Both the position numbers and the translations under genes were made by a program. The notes under the pieces are model-generated. The model worked only from the letters and a program-made list of their open reading frames with translations. It ran no database searches and was not told the DNA's origin. Positions 8,090 through 15,546 of a stretch of DNA of 21,663 nucleotides are shown piece by piece (the first letter of the stretch is position 1; each line of letters begins with the position of its first letter). This DNA is from Sandaracinaceae bacterium (GTDB lineage: Bacteria; Myxococcota_A; Polyangia; Polyangiales; Sandaracinaceae), in assembly GCA_044220955.1 (NCBI GenBank), contig JBGAQA010000079.1:11206-32868 (forward strand). Reading direction: 5' to 3'.

Positions 8090-8158
8090 CGCGAGCACCG
8101 CCTGCACCGGACCGGCGTGCCACTCGACGCCTGCCGGCGCAAGGTTTCGGCATTCGCG

Positions 8159-8188
8159 TTGACGCGCCCCGCCGAAGCCGCGCACGAT
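8159..8188 (+). promoter_or_regulatory. Putative sigma70 promoter directly before ATG 8195 (leaderless)
   Basis: TTGACG-N18-CACGAT-N6-ATG, with no Shine-Dalgarno sequence. Confidence 0.45.
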
Positions 8189-8194
8189 CGCGCG

Positions 8195-9097
8195 ATGCAA
8201 GCAAGCGCGGAGCGCGCGCCCCGGGAGCACGCGGGCGTCGAGCGGCTCGTCTCGACCTTCGGCGATCGCATGGTTCGCTTCGCCGAGGAGCGTCTCGGCG
8301 AGGAGCTGGACGCCCGGATGAACCGGATCGTGACCCGCACGAACGAGGCCGGCGTCGATCCCTTCGGCTTCGATCCCAAGGTGGCTCGCTACGCGCTCGC
8401 CGTCTCGGCCTTCCTGCACCGGTTCTACTTCCGGACCGAGGTCTTCGGCATCGACCGCGTCCCGGACGGGCGTGTCCTCGTCATCGCGAACCACTCGGGC
8501 CAGGTGCCCATCGACGGCCTCCTGCTCGGCACCTCGCTGATGCTCGACACCAACCGGCCGCGCTTCCCGCGCGCGATGGTCGAGCGGTGGAGCGCCGAGC
8601 TCCCCTTCGTGTCGGTGCTCTTCCCGCGCTGCGGACAGGTGATCGGCTCGCCTGACAACGCACGACGCCTGCTGGAACAGGACGAGGCGCTCATCGTGTT
8701 CCCGGAGGGCTCGCGCGGGATCAGCAAGACGTTCGACCGCCGCTACCAGCTCACCGACTTCGGCCTCGGCTTCATGCGGCTCGCCCTCGAGACGGACACA
8801 CCCATCGTGCCCGTCGCGATCGTGGGCGGCGAGGAGCAGTACCCGTCGCTCGCCGACCTCAAGCCGCTCGCGAACGTCCTCGGGATGCCAGCGTTCCCGA
8901 TCCTCCCGCAGGTCTTCGTCGGGATGCTGATGCCGCTGCCGACGCGCTACCGGATCCACTTCGGCGAGCCGATGACGTTCCACGGCGATCCGGACGACGA
9001 CGACGCCGTGATCGAGACGAAGGTGGCGGCCGTGAAGACGACGATCCAGACGATGCTGCAGCGTGGCCTCCGCGAGCGGCGGAGCGTCTGGTTTTGA
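8195..9097 (+). CDS. Lysophospholipid/glycerol-3-phosphate acyltransferase (PlsC superfamily)
   Basis: NHSGQVPID (HxxxxD), VFPEG and PIVPVAIVG motifs. The N-terminal GVDPFGFDP is typical of the myxobacterial/actinobacterial subfamily. Confidence 0.93.
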   Translation: MQASAERAPREHAGVERLVSTFGDRMVRFAEERLGEELDARMNRIVTRTNEAGVDPFGFDPKVARYALAVSAFLHRFYFRTEVFGIDRVPDGRVLVIANHSGQVPIDGLLLGTSLMLDTNRPRFPRAMVERWSAELPFVSVLFPRCGQVIGSPDNARRLLEQDEALIVFPEGSRGISKTFDRRYQLTDFGLGFMRLALETDTPIVPVAIVGGEEQYPSLADLKPLANVLGMPAFPILPQVFVGMLMPLPTRYRIHFGEPMTFHGDPDDDDAVIETKVAAVKTTIQTMLQRGLRERRSVWF

Positions 9098-10071
9098 AGC
9101 GCGCGTTCGCGCTCGGCCTCGCGCTCGCCGCGTGCACGGGAGGCAGCGCGCCCGGACCCGACGACGCGGGCACCGGCATCGACGCCGGCAGCGATGCAGG
9201 CACGGACGCGGCGCGTCTGCCGCGCATGGACGGCGGACGCGACACCGGGACCGACGCGGGGCCTCGCTGCTCCCCCGTGGACGGCGGGGCGATCGACGCG
9301 TGCAACGGCCACGGCGTGCTCTGCGATCGCCGCTTCGACGAGGTGGCCTACGCGACCACCCACAACGCGATGTCGAGCGAGGAGCAGCGCTTCACCGGAC
9401 CGAACCAGCGCTTCGCCCTCTGGCGCCAGATGAGCGACGGCGTGCGCGGGCTCATGCTCGACGTCCACGCCGCGCGCGACGGCACCGTCTCGCTCTGCCA
9501 CGGCGACTGCCTGCTCGGCGGCTTCCCCCTCGTCGACGGCCTCGCCGAGATCCGCGCGTTCCTCGACTGTCACCCGGCCGAGGTGATGACGATCATCTTC
9601 GAGAGCTACGTGCCGGAGAGCGACATCGCCGCGGCGTTCGAGACCAGCGGCCTCGTCGGGTACGTACACGCGCAGGATCCCGGCGCGCCCTGGCCGACGC
9701 TGCGCGAGATGATCGCAGGCGGCGAGCGGCTCGTGGTGTTCACGGCGGACTCGGCGCGCACGCTCCCCTGGCACATGTACTCGTACGACCACGCGTGGGA
9801 GAACCCCTACGCTGCGGCCGCACCGGGCGATCTCTCGTGCGCCGAAGACCGCGGCTCGCGCACGCGCCCTCTCTGGATCTTCAACCACTTCCTGACGAGC
9901 CCGATCGCGAGCCCGGCGCTCGCGGAGATGATCAACCACGACCCGTTCTTCCAGACGCGCGTCGACGGGTGCCGCGCCGACGCGGCCGGCGACCTGCCCA
10001 ACTTCGTCACGGTCGACTTCTACGACATCGGCGACGTGCTGACCGTCGTCGACGCGCTGAACGGCGTCTGA
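9094..10071 (+). CDS. PI-PLC-X-like phosphodiesterase lipoprotein
   Basis: TTG start overlaps the upstream stop (TTGA). Lipobox LAA|C, DAG linker, and motifs THNA, QMSDGVRGLMLDVH, LCHG, HPAEVMTIIFESY and PNFVTVDFY. Confidence 0.88.
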   Translation: MKRAFALGLALAACTGGSAPGPDDAGTGIDAGSDAGTDAARLPRMDGGRDTGTDAGPRCSPVDGGAIDACNGHGVLCDRRFDEVAYATTHNAMSSEEQRFTGPNQRFALWRQMSDGVRGLMLDVHAARDGTVSLCHGDCLLGGFPLVDGLAEIRAFLDCHPAEVMTIIFESYVPESDIAAAFETSGLVGYVHAQDPGAPWPTLREMIAGGERLVVFTADSARTLPWHMYSYDHAWENPYAAAAPGDLSCAEDRGSRTRPLWIFNHFLTSPIASPALAEMINHDPFFQTRVDGCRADAAGDLPNFVTVDFYDIGDVLTVVDALNGV

Positions 10072-10120
10072 CCTGGCTCGCGCGCGTGACGCGGCGCTCG
10101 GCCCCCCGCCTGCGCCTGCC

Positions 10121-11203
10121 TCAGCCCATCACCGCGCGCACCGTCGACTCGAGGTCGAAGCTCGGCGTGAACCCGAGCACGTCCTTGGCGCGAGTGTCGT
10201 CGACCATGCACACGTAGCGGATGTGGTCGAGCTCGGGCGTCGGGAAGGACGTGAGCCGGTAGCGCCACATCCGGTTGAGGACTCCGGCCGCGAGCCCCGA
10301 GGGAACCGGCACCGGCTTGCGGTCGAGGATGCGGAAGATGCGCGAGAGCGCGACCTCGCCGGGGCCCTTCAGGTTGAAGATGCCGCGGACCCCCGGCCTG
10401 AGCCCGAGGCGGAGCGCCCGCGCGACGTCGCGCTCGTGGATCACCTGCACCATCGGGTCGAAGCCCATCAGCGAGATCGGGTGCTCGAAGCGAAGGTAGT
10501 TGCTGGGCGCGTTCTTGACCGTCCCGAGGATGTGGCACGGCCGCAGGATCACCGTCTCGACCTCGGGATGCCTCCAGAAGAAGCTCTGCGCGAGCATGTC
10601 CACCTCGACGAGATCGCGGATCTCGCTGAAGTGCTGCGCGCCGAGCAGGGGCGCCTCTTCGGTGAGGAACTGCGGGTTGTCCGGGCTCGGTCCGTACACG
10701 TTCGCGCTCGAGAGCACGACGAGCTTCGGCACGCGGAACTCCGCGGCGTACTCGAGCAGCTTCTGGAAGCCGACCACGTTCCAGGTGTGATGCTCGCGCG
10801 AGCTCGCGCGCAGATCGTGCATCACGCCGAGGTGCACGATGGCGCGGATGCCGCCCGCGCGGAAGACGTCACGCGTCTTCTTGCGCCGCAGATCGAACTG
10901 ATGGTGCACCACGTCCTTGGGCTTGCCGTGGAAGGGGCGGCGATCGATCCCGATGACCTTGGACTCGCGGTGGAGCAGCCGAGCGAACACACGCCCGAGG
11001 CGTCCGCAGATGCCCGTGACGAGCACGGCGCCGTGGGCGTCGTTCGGGAGGCGTGCCGTGCCGATCTCCGGCGAGGTGACCGACCCACCCGAGGTCGGGC
11101 GCTTCGACGAGGCGGCGGCGCTGACCGGCGGGGCCGCGGGCCCGGGCCGCCTCGCGCGTGGGGCGCGGGCTGCAACTCGCCTCGGCTCGCGTTCGTCCCC
11201 CAC
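10121..11203 (-). CDS. NAD-dependent epimerase/dehydratase family (extended/atypical SDR)
   Basis: VLVTGICGRLG Rossmann motif, SSANVYG, ILRP and QVIHERDVA. No canonical YxxxK. The start is uncertain because of a low-complexity N-terminal extension. Confidence 0.9.
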   Translation of the reverse strand: MGDEREPRRVAARAPRARRPGPAAPPVSAAASSKRPTSGGSVTSPEIGTARLPNDAHGAVLVTGICGRLGRVFARLLHRESKVIGIDRRPFHGKPKDVVHHQFDLRRKKTRDVFRAGGIRAIVHLGVMHDLRASSREHHTWNVVGFQKLLEYAAEFRVPKLVVLSSANVYGPSPDNPQFLTEEAPLLGAQHFSEIRDLVEVDMLAQSFFWRHPEVETVILRPCHILGTVKNAPSNYLRFEHPISLMGFDPMVQVIHERDVARALRLGLRPGVRGIFNLKGPGEVALSRIFRILDRKPVPVPSGLAAGVLNRMWRYRLTSFPTPELDHIRYVCMVDDTRAKDVLGFTPSFDLESTVRAVMG

Positions 11204-11209
11204 GTCCGC

Positions 11210-12112
11210 TCAGTTCGCCAGGACCGGCTCGGCGTCGAGCGCCACGACCGCCTCGAAGATCTCGCCGCCCGCGATGGTGAACGTGTTGCGCCCGGGCAGC
11301 GGATCCGCGAGGCGCGGGTCCATGTACTCCCAGCGCATGACGAGCTGACGCTCCGCGTGGTCGAAGCCGGTGATGCGCATCGCACGCCAGGGGGTGCCGT
11401 CGAAGGTCTCCGTGAACCACTCCTCGACCGCCTCGCGCCCGTCGTGGCGGTACGGGTCGCCCGTCGTGGTCACCGTGAAGGGCTCGACGACCGAGCCGGT
11501 CTGCGCGAAGAGCTCCGCGACGCGCGCCGCGTCCCCGCGCATGAACTGCGCGACGTAGCGGCGCGCGATGTCCTCGTCGCCCAGCACCGTCGGGCGCATC
11601 GGCTCGAAGACCATCCGGACCTCGAAGCCGCCGCACCAGCGCGAGCGCTGGACCAGCACCTCGAGCCGCTGGCCGTCGCGGCGGATCTCGCCGGGGCGCG
11701 GGGGCTCGGGCTGGCCGAAGCACTCCGCCGTCGCGGGCACGGCGACGCGCGCGGTCTCTTCCACCCGCAGCTCTCCGTGGCCCTCCGGCGGCGAGACGTG
11801 CTGCACGATCGTCTGCTGGCAGCCCTCGTTCACGTACGCGCTGTCGTAGACGAGGTCGACGCTGGCCCCGTCCTGTGCGATCCGGAGCGTCGACGAGTAG
11901 CCCCGCGAGCCCAGCTCGAGCGGGCCCTCGGTGCAGAACGCCAACACCCAGCGCCACTGCGAGCCGTCCAGCCCGTCGGGGATCTCCGCGACGTACGTGG
12001 GGTCTTCGCTGCCGCTCGAGTCGCCGCTCTCGTCGAGGGTGCGCTCGCCACCGCCGCCGCCGCACGCAGCCAGCATGGAGACGCTTGTCAGGAGGAGCGC
12101 TCGGGCGTTCAT
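11210..12112 (-). CDS. Lipoprotein with an unknown N-terminal beta domain and a C-terminal NTF2/SnoaL-like domain
   Basis: MNARALLLTSVSMLAA|C lipobox. IARRYVAQFMRGDAARVAELFA...DGREAVEEWF...GRNTFTIAGGEI fits a SnoaL-type pattern. Confidence 0.82.
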   Translation of the reverse strand: MNARALLLTSVSMLAACGGGGGERTLDESGDSSGSEDPTYVAEIPDGLDGSQWRWVLAFCTEGPLELGSRGYSSTLRIAQDGASVDLVYDSAYVNEGCQQTIVQHVSPPEGHGELRVEETARVAVPATAECFGQPEPPRPGEIRRDGQRLEVLVQRSRWCGGFEVRMVFEPMRPTVLGDEDIARRYVAQFMRGDAARVAELFAQTGSVVEPFTVTTTGDPYRHDGREAVEEWFTETFDGTPWRAMRITGFDHAERQLVMRWEYMDPRLADPLPGRNTFTIAGGEIFEAVVALDAEPVLAN

Positions 12113-12160
12113 GGGCGGAACAGAAGCCCGACCGGCGCCAATGGTCAAGGCCCAGCGGAC

Positions 12161-12199
12161 GGAAAGAAAAGCGGCGGCCGGGAGGGCCGCCGTCTTTCT
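12161..12199 (-). terminator. Rho-independent terminator of gene 12216-13349
   Basis: Minus strand CGGCGGCC-CTCCC-GGCCGCCG followed by CTTTTCTTTCC, starting ~23 nt after the stop codon. Confidence 0.8.
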
Positions 12200-12215
12200 C
12201 ACAGTCCTCGGGCGC

Positions 12216-13349
12216 TCACTGGCACGCGGCGTTCACGCACTCCTGGGTGCCGGTGCAGTCGCCGCTGGTCCGGCACGAGGCCGTCGCGCTCATCTGCGCG
12301 TTGCAGAGGTACTCACCGCTCGCCGAGTCCAGCAGGCAGTAGGGCAGCGTCGAGTCGATGGTCAGGCACTGGGCGTTGCCCGCCGCCGTGCCGGTGGCGC
12401 CGTCGGGGCAGGGCGTGCGGCAGACGTGAGCGAGGCAGTGCCGGCCGCTGGCGCAGTCCGAGTCGATGTTGCAGGCGACCGCCGGCTGCCAGCTCGGGTG
12501 GCAGAACGAGTCGTTGGCGCAGTAGCTCGTCTCGCGGCCCGAGGTCGGGCAGGTGGCCGAGCCGTGGCAGTCGGCGAGGCAGCGGCCGTCGACGCAGTGC
12601 TCGCCGTTGGTGCACGTCGCGCTCGTCTCGCAGTCCGTCGTCGCCTCGCAGAAGTGGCTCGGGTTGCAGGTGTCGCCCGCGACGCAGTCCGCGTCGGAGC
12701 GGCAGACCGCCGTGCACTCCGCGTTCACGCACGCGGTACCCGCGGGGCAGTCGTAGGAGAACTGGCAGGTGGCCGGCAGGCCCGTGCAGGTCCCCTCGAT
12801 GCAGAGCTGCCCGCTCGTGCAGTCCGAGGCGCTGCGGCAGTCGTTGGCGCCGTGCGGCACGCACGTGTTGCGGAAGTCGCACCAGAAGCCGCTCATCGTG
12901 CAGTCGGCGTCGCTGCCGCAGGTCGTCGAGGGCTCGCACGACGAGATGTCGCACATGAAGCCGACGTCGCAGTCGCCGTGCGTCAGGCACACGCGCGTCC
13001 CGGGGACGCACGAGCCGCCCTGGCAGTGCTGGCCCGTCGGGCACTGCGAGTCGTTCGTGCACATCGCCGTGACGACGGTGCAAGAGCCGGCAACGCACGA
13101 CTGCCCGCTCGGACAGTCGCTGTCGTTCACGCACTGGCAGGTCCCGGCGATGCAGGTGAGCGCCCCGGAGCACTCGAGGCTCGACGTGCACGGCACGCGG
13201 CGCGGCGCATCCCCGGAGTAGATCGGGCAGCCCGACAGGAACAAAGCAGCCAGCGGCAGGGCCATCCAGAGGCTCGCGAGAGGCGCCGAAGGCGCGCTGA
13301 TCGCCTGCACCTTCGAGCCACCGTTCTGCTTTGATTCGAGGATATTCAT
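12216..13349 (-). CDS. Cys-repeat lipoprotein with tandem C-x5-C-x2-G-x2-C-x2-G-x-C modules
   Basis: GGAGG 6 nt before ATG 13349, lipobox LSG|C, and more than 10 modules such as CTNDSQCPTGQHCQGGSC. Confidence 0.88.
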   Translation of the reverse strand: MNILESKQNGGSKVQAISAPSAPLASLWMALPLAALFLSGCPIYSGDAPRRVPCTSSLECSGALTCIAGTCQCVNDSDCPSGQSCVAGSCTVVTAMCTNDSQCPTGQHCQGGSCVPGTRVCLTHGDCDVGFMCDISSCEPSTTCGSDADCTMSGFWCDFRNTCVPHGANDCRSASDCTSGQLCIEGTCTGLPATCQFSYDCPAGTACVNAECTAVCRSDADCVAGDTCNPSHFCEATTDCETSATCTNGEHCVDGRCLADCHGSATCPTSGRETSYCANDSFCHPSWQPAVACNIDSDCASGRHCLAHVCRTPCPDGATGTAAGNAQCLTIDSTLPYCLLDSASGEYLCNAQMSATASCRTSGDCTGTQECVNAACQ

Positions 13350-13381
13350 GGGGCGCCTCCTTCGGCGTTCGGGCCGTCTCA

Positions 13382-13397
13382 AGCTACGATCGTGCCA
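13382..13397 (-). promoter_or_regulatory. Putative sigma54 promoter for the Cys-repeat lipoprotein
   Basis: Minus strand TGGCACGATCGTAGCT has a perfect -24 box and GG-N10-GC spacing, 32 nt upstream of the ATG. Confidence 0.65.
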
Positions 13398-13446
13398 GGG
13401 GTTCCTCTCCCCGTACGCGCCCTTTTTTGGGCTTCCGGACCGGTCG

Positions 13447-13464
13447 AGTGAACCCGGGTTCACT
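13447..13464. promoter_or_regulatory. Perfect 18-bp palindrome, candidate activator/enhancer site
   Basis: AGTGAACCCGGGTTCACT is its own reverse complement. It is intergenic and ~50 bp upstream of the sigma54 -24 box. Confidence 0.55.
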
Positions 13465-13493
13465 TCCCGGGCAGGGGGATCGAAAACGAGTCT

Positions 13494-14294
13494 TCACGGG
13501 GTGTCCACTTCCGGGCCGCCGGCGGATGCCGGAGCGCCGAGCGCGGCTGGCGCATCGGGTGGCGGGGCAGGCAGGTCCGGGCGGGACGCGAAGCGGGGCA
13601 GCGGGTCCACCGCGTGCCCGTCCACGTGGAGCTCGAAGTGCAGGTGGGTGCCGTGCGCCAGGCCCGTGTCGCCGACGGCCGCGATCACCTCGCCGCGGGC
13701 CACGCGCTGCCCGGGGACGACGAACGTCGCGCTGCAGTGCCCGTAGAGCGTCACGCTCGCGTCCGCGTGCACGACGAGGACCGCGTTGCCGTACCCGCTC
13801 ATCCCGTTGTCCGAGTAGACGACGAGGCCGTCGTTCGCCGCGAGGATCGGCGTCCCCTCGGCCGCGCCGATGTCCACGCCCTCGTGCGGATGGCGCCGTC
13901 GAGTGCGGCGCAGGCGCCCTCCCCGACCGACGGCGATCCCCGCGTGGATGCCGAACCCACGCCAGAGACGCCCTCCCTCGACCGGCCACGCGAGGTCGGG
14001 CGACGGCGCGCTGCCCACCTCGGCGACCCACGCGTCCCGCGGCCGCTCGACGAGCACGCGCCGCGCCGCGCCCGTGGTGATGCCGAGCGCCGTGACGCGC
14101 GCCTCGTCCTCGCTCGTCGGGGCCGGCACCCGGCGCGGGCCCTCGCACGTCCGTCGGGCGTGGTAGCGATGGCACTCTCGGCCGTGGCTCTCGGCCCACG
14201 TGATCGTGCGTGTGACGCCGGGCGGGACTGCGTCCTGCGCCGCCGCGATCGGCACGAGGCCGAGCGCGACCACGAACGCGATCCCGGCACGCAT
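13494..14294 (-). CDS. Secreted M23 family metallopeptidase
   Basis: Signal peptide (AAA|Q), HEGVD (HxxxD), GYGN, LYGH and HLHFE Zn-binding motifs. Confidence 0.93.
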   Translation of the reverse strand: MRAGIAFVVALGLVPIAAAQDAVPPGVTRTITWAESHGRECHRYHARRTCEGPRRVPAPTSEDEARVTALGITTGAARRVLVERPRDAWVAEVGSAPSPDLAWPVEGGRLWRGFGIHAGIAVGRGGRLRRTRRRHPHEGVDIGAAEGTPILAANDGLVVYSDNGMSGYGNAVLVVHADASVTLYGHCSATFVVPGQRVARGEVIAAVGDTGLAHGTHLHFELHVDGHAVDPLPRFASRPDLPAPPPDAPAALGAPASAGGPEVDTP

Positions 14295-14301
14295 CCCCCG
14301 C

Positions 14302-15531
14302 CTACTGCGCGCGCACGCGGATCGTCTGTCCGACCTGATCGAGCATGCGACGCAGCTCGTCGTAGTCGGGGTGCTTCATCCGCAGCCACGCGTTGGCCAT
14401 GTAGCCGGCCTCGACCGGCTGCGTGGGCGTGCCCTGCGGGGGGAAGTGGGCGTCGATGATCCACTGGCCGTAGGCGCGCTCGATGGCCTGGATGCCCTCG
14501 TAGCCGGCGATCCGTCCGTCGCGATCGGGGCGGAGCGCGATGATGCCTGCCGAGAAGCGGCGCGAGGGCGGCTGGCTCGGGTGGCCGTGCACGACGGCCA
14601 TCGCCCACTCGCGGTAGATGTCGATCTCGTTGCCGGCCGCGTAGAGGTCCCACGCGCGCACGCCCGGCGGACGGCAGCCGATCTCGCTGAACTTCAGGCC
14701 CTTGGGACCGAAGAACCACTCCATGTGCGTGGCGCTCGTGCCGACGCCCAGCTCGGCGATGACCTTCCTGCCCATCGCCTTGATCTCGTCGTACCCGGGG
14801 GCGACGTCGATGCGGTTGGTCGCGATGAACTGCGGGCTGATCCAGCGCGTCCGCATCGCCTCGAGGACGTTCGGGTAGTAGTGGCAGACGAACTCGTGCA
14901 CGACGCGCCCGCCGATGGTGATCGTGTCGTAGAAGCCCTCGTGACCCTCGACGAATTCCTCGACGGCGATGTTGCCGCCGCGGCCGACGCGCATGCCGGC
15001 CATGCCCTCCTCGAGCTCGGCGTCGCTGTTCACCTTCGTGGTGCCGGACGCACCGGCGCCGTCGCGCGGCTTGAGGATGAGCGGGTAGCCGACCGTCCTG
15101 GCGAACGCCCGGATCTCGGCGGGGTCGCCCGAGCCGAGGGAGGCGGCGGTCGGGATGCCGCCCTTGCGGAGCACCTCCTTCATGGACGGCTTGTCGCGAC
15201 AGAGCCAGGTCGTACGCACGCTCGTGCCCGGGATGCCGAGGGTCTCGCGCACCTTGGCGGCGGTCATCACGTGGGCCTCGACGACGGCCTCGAGGCGGTT
15301 CACCTGCACGCGGCCCGCGAGCCAGCGCACGACGCGCTCGATCTCGGACTCGCTGGTGACGTTCTTCACCTCCTCGTAGTGCGTGAGCCACTCGCGCATC
15401 TCGGGGTCGAGCGAGCCCTTGGGGCGCTCTCCGATCCCGGTGACGCGCGCCCCGACGGCGTGCAGGGCGCGCACGAACTCGCGCTGGTTCGCGGGGAAAC
15501 AGGGCTCGATGAAGACGACGTCGACCGGCAT
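14302..15531 (-). CDS. ATP-grasp domain protein (carboxylate-amine ligase-like)
   Basis: RDKPSMK, GYPLILKPRDGAGASGT, VEEFVEGHE, THMEWF and SEIGCRPPG motifs. Confidence 0.92.
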   Translation of the reverse strand: MPVDVVFIEPCFPANQREFVRALHAVGARVTGIGERPKGSLDPEMREWLTHYEEVKNVTSESEIERVVRWLAGRVQVNRLEAVVEAHVMTAAKVRETLGIPGTSVRTTWLCRDKPSMKEVLRKGGIPTAASLGSGDPAEIRAFARTVGYPLILKPRDGAGASGTTKVNSDAELEEGMAGMRVGRGGNIAVEEFVEGHEGFYDTITIGGRVVHEFVCHYYPNVLEAMRTRWISPQFIATNRIDVAPGYDEIKAMGRKVIAELGVGTSATHMEWFFGPKGLKFSEIGCRPPGVRAWDLYAAGNEIDIYREWAMAVVHGHPSQPPSRRFSAGIIALRPDRDGRIAGYEGIQAIERAYGQWIIDAHFPPQGTPTQPVEAGYMANAWLRMKHPDYDELRRMLDQVGQTIRVRAQ

Positions 15532-15546
15532 GCAGCGCCGAGCGTA

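Noticed and set aside
6152..9097. Apparent long bidirectional overlap of ORFs 6152-8983 (-) and 6197-9097 (+)
   Set aside because: Each ORF is over-extended at its 5' end. The real genes start near 8089 (-) and at 8195 (+) and are simply divergent.
10121..11203. galE assignment
   Set aside because: It lacks the YxxxK catalytic motif and the GGAGYIG signature, so only a family-level call is supported.
12216..13349. Multiheme cytochrome or Fe-S protein interpretation of the Cys-rich ORFs
   Set aside because: No repeated CxxCH or ferredoxin spacing; the one CLADCH has three intervening residues. Export signals and paired Cys spacing indicate disulfides.
14302..15531. Graspetide (ATP-grasp RiPP) cluster or D-Ala-D-Ala ligase
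   Set aside because: No short precursor ORF with repeated core motifs nearby, and the Ddl signature motifs are absent.
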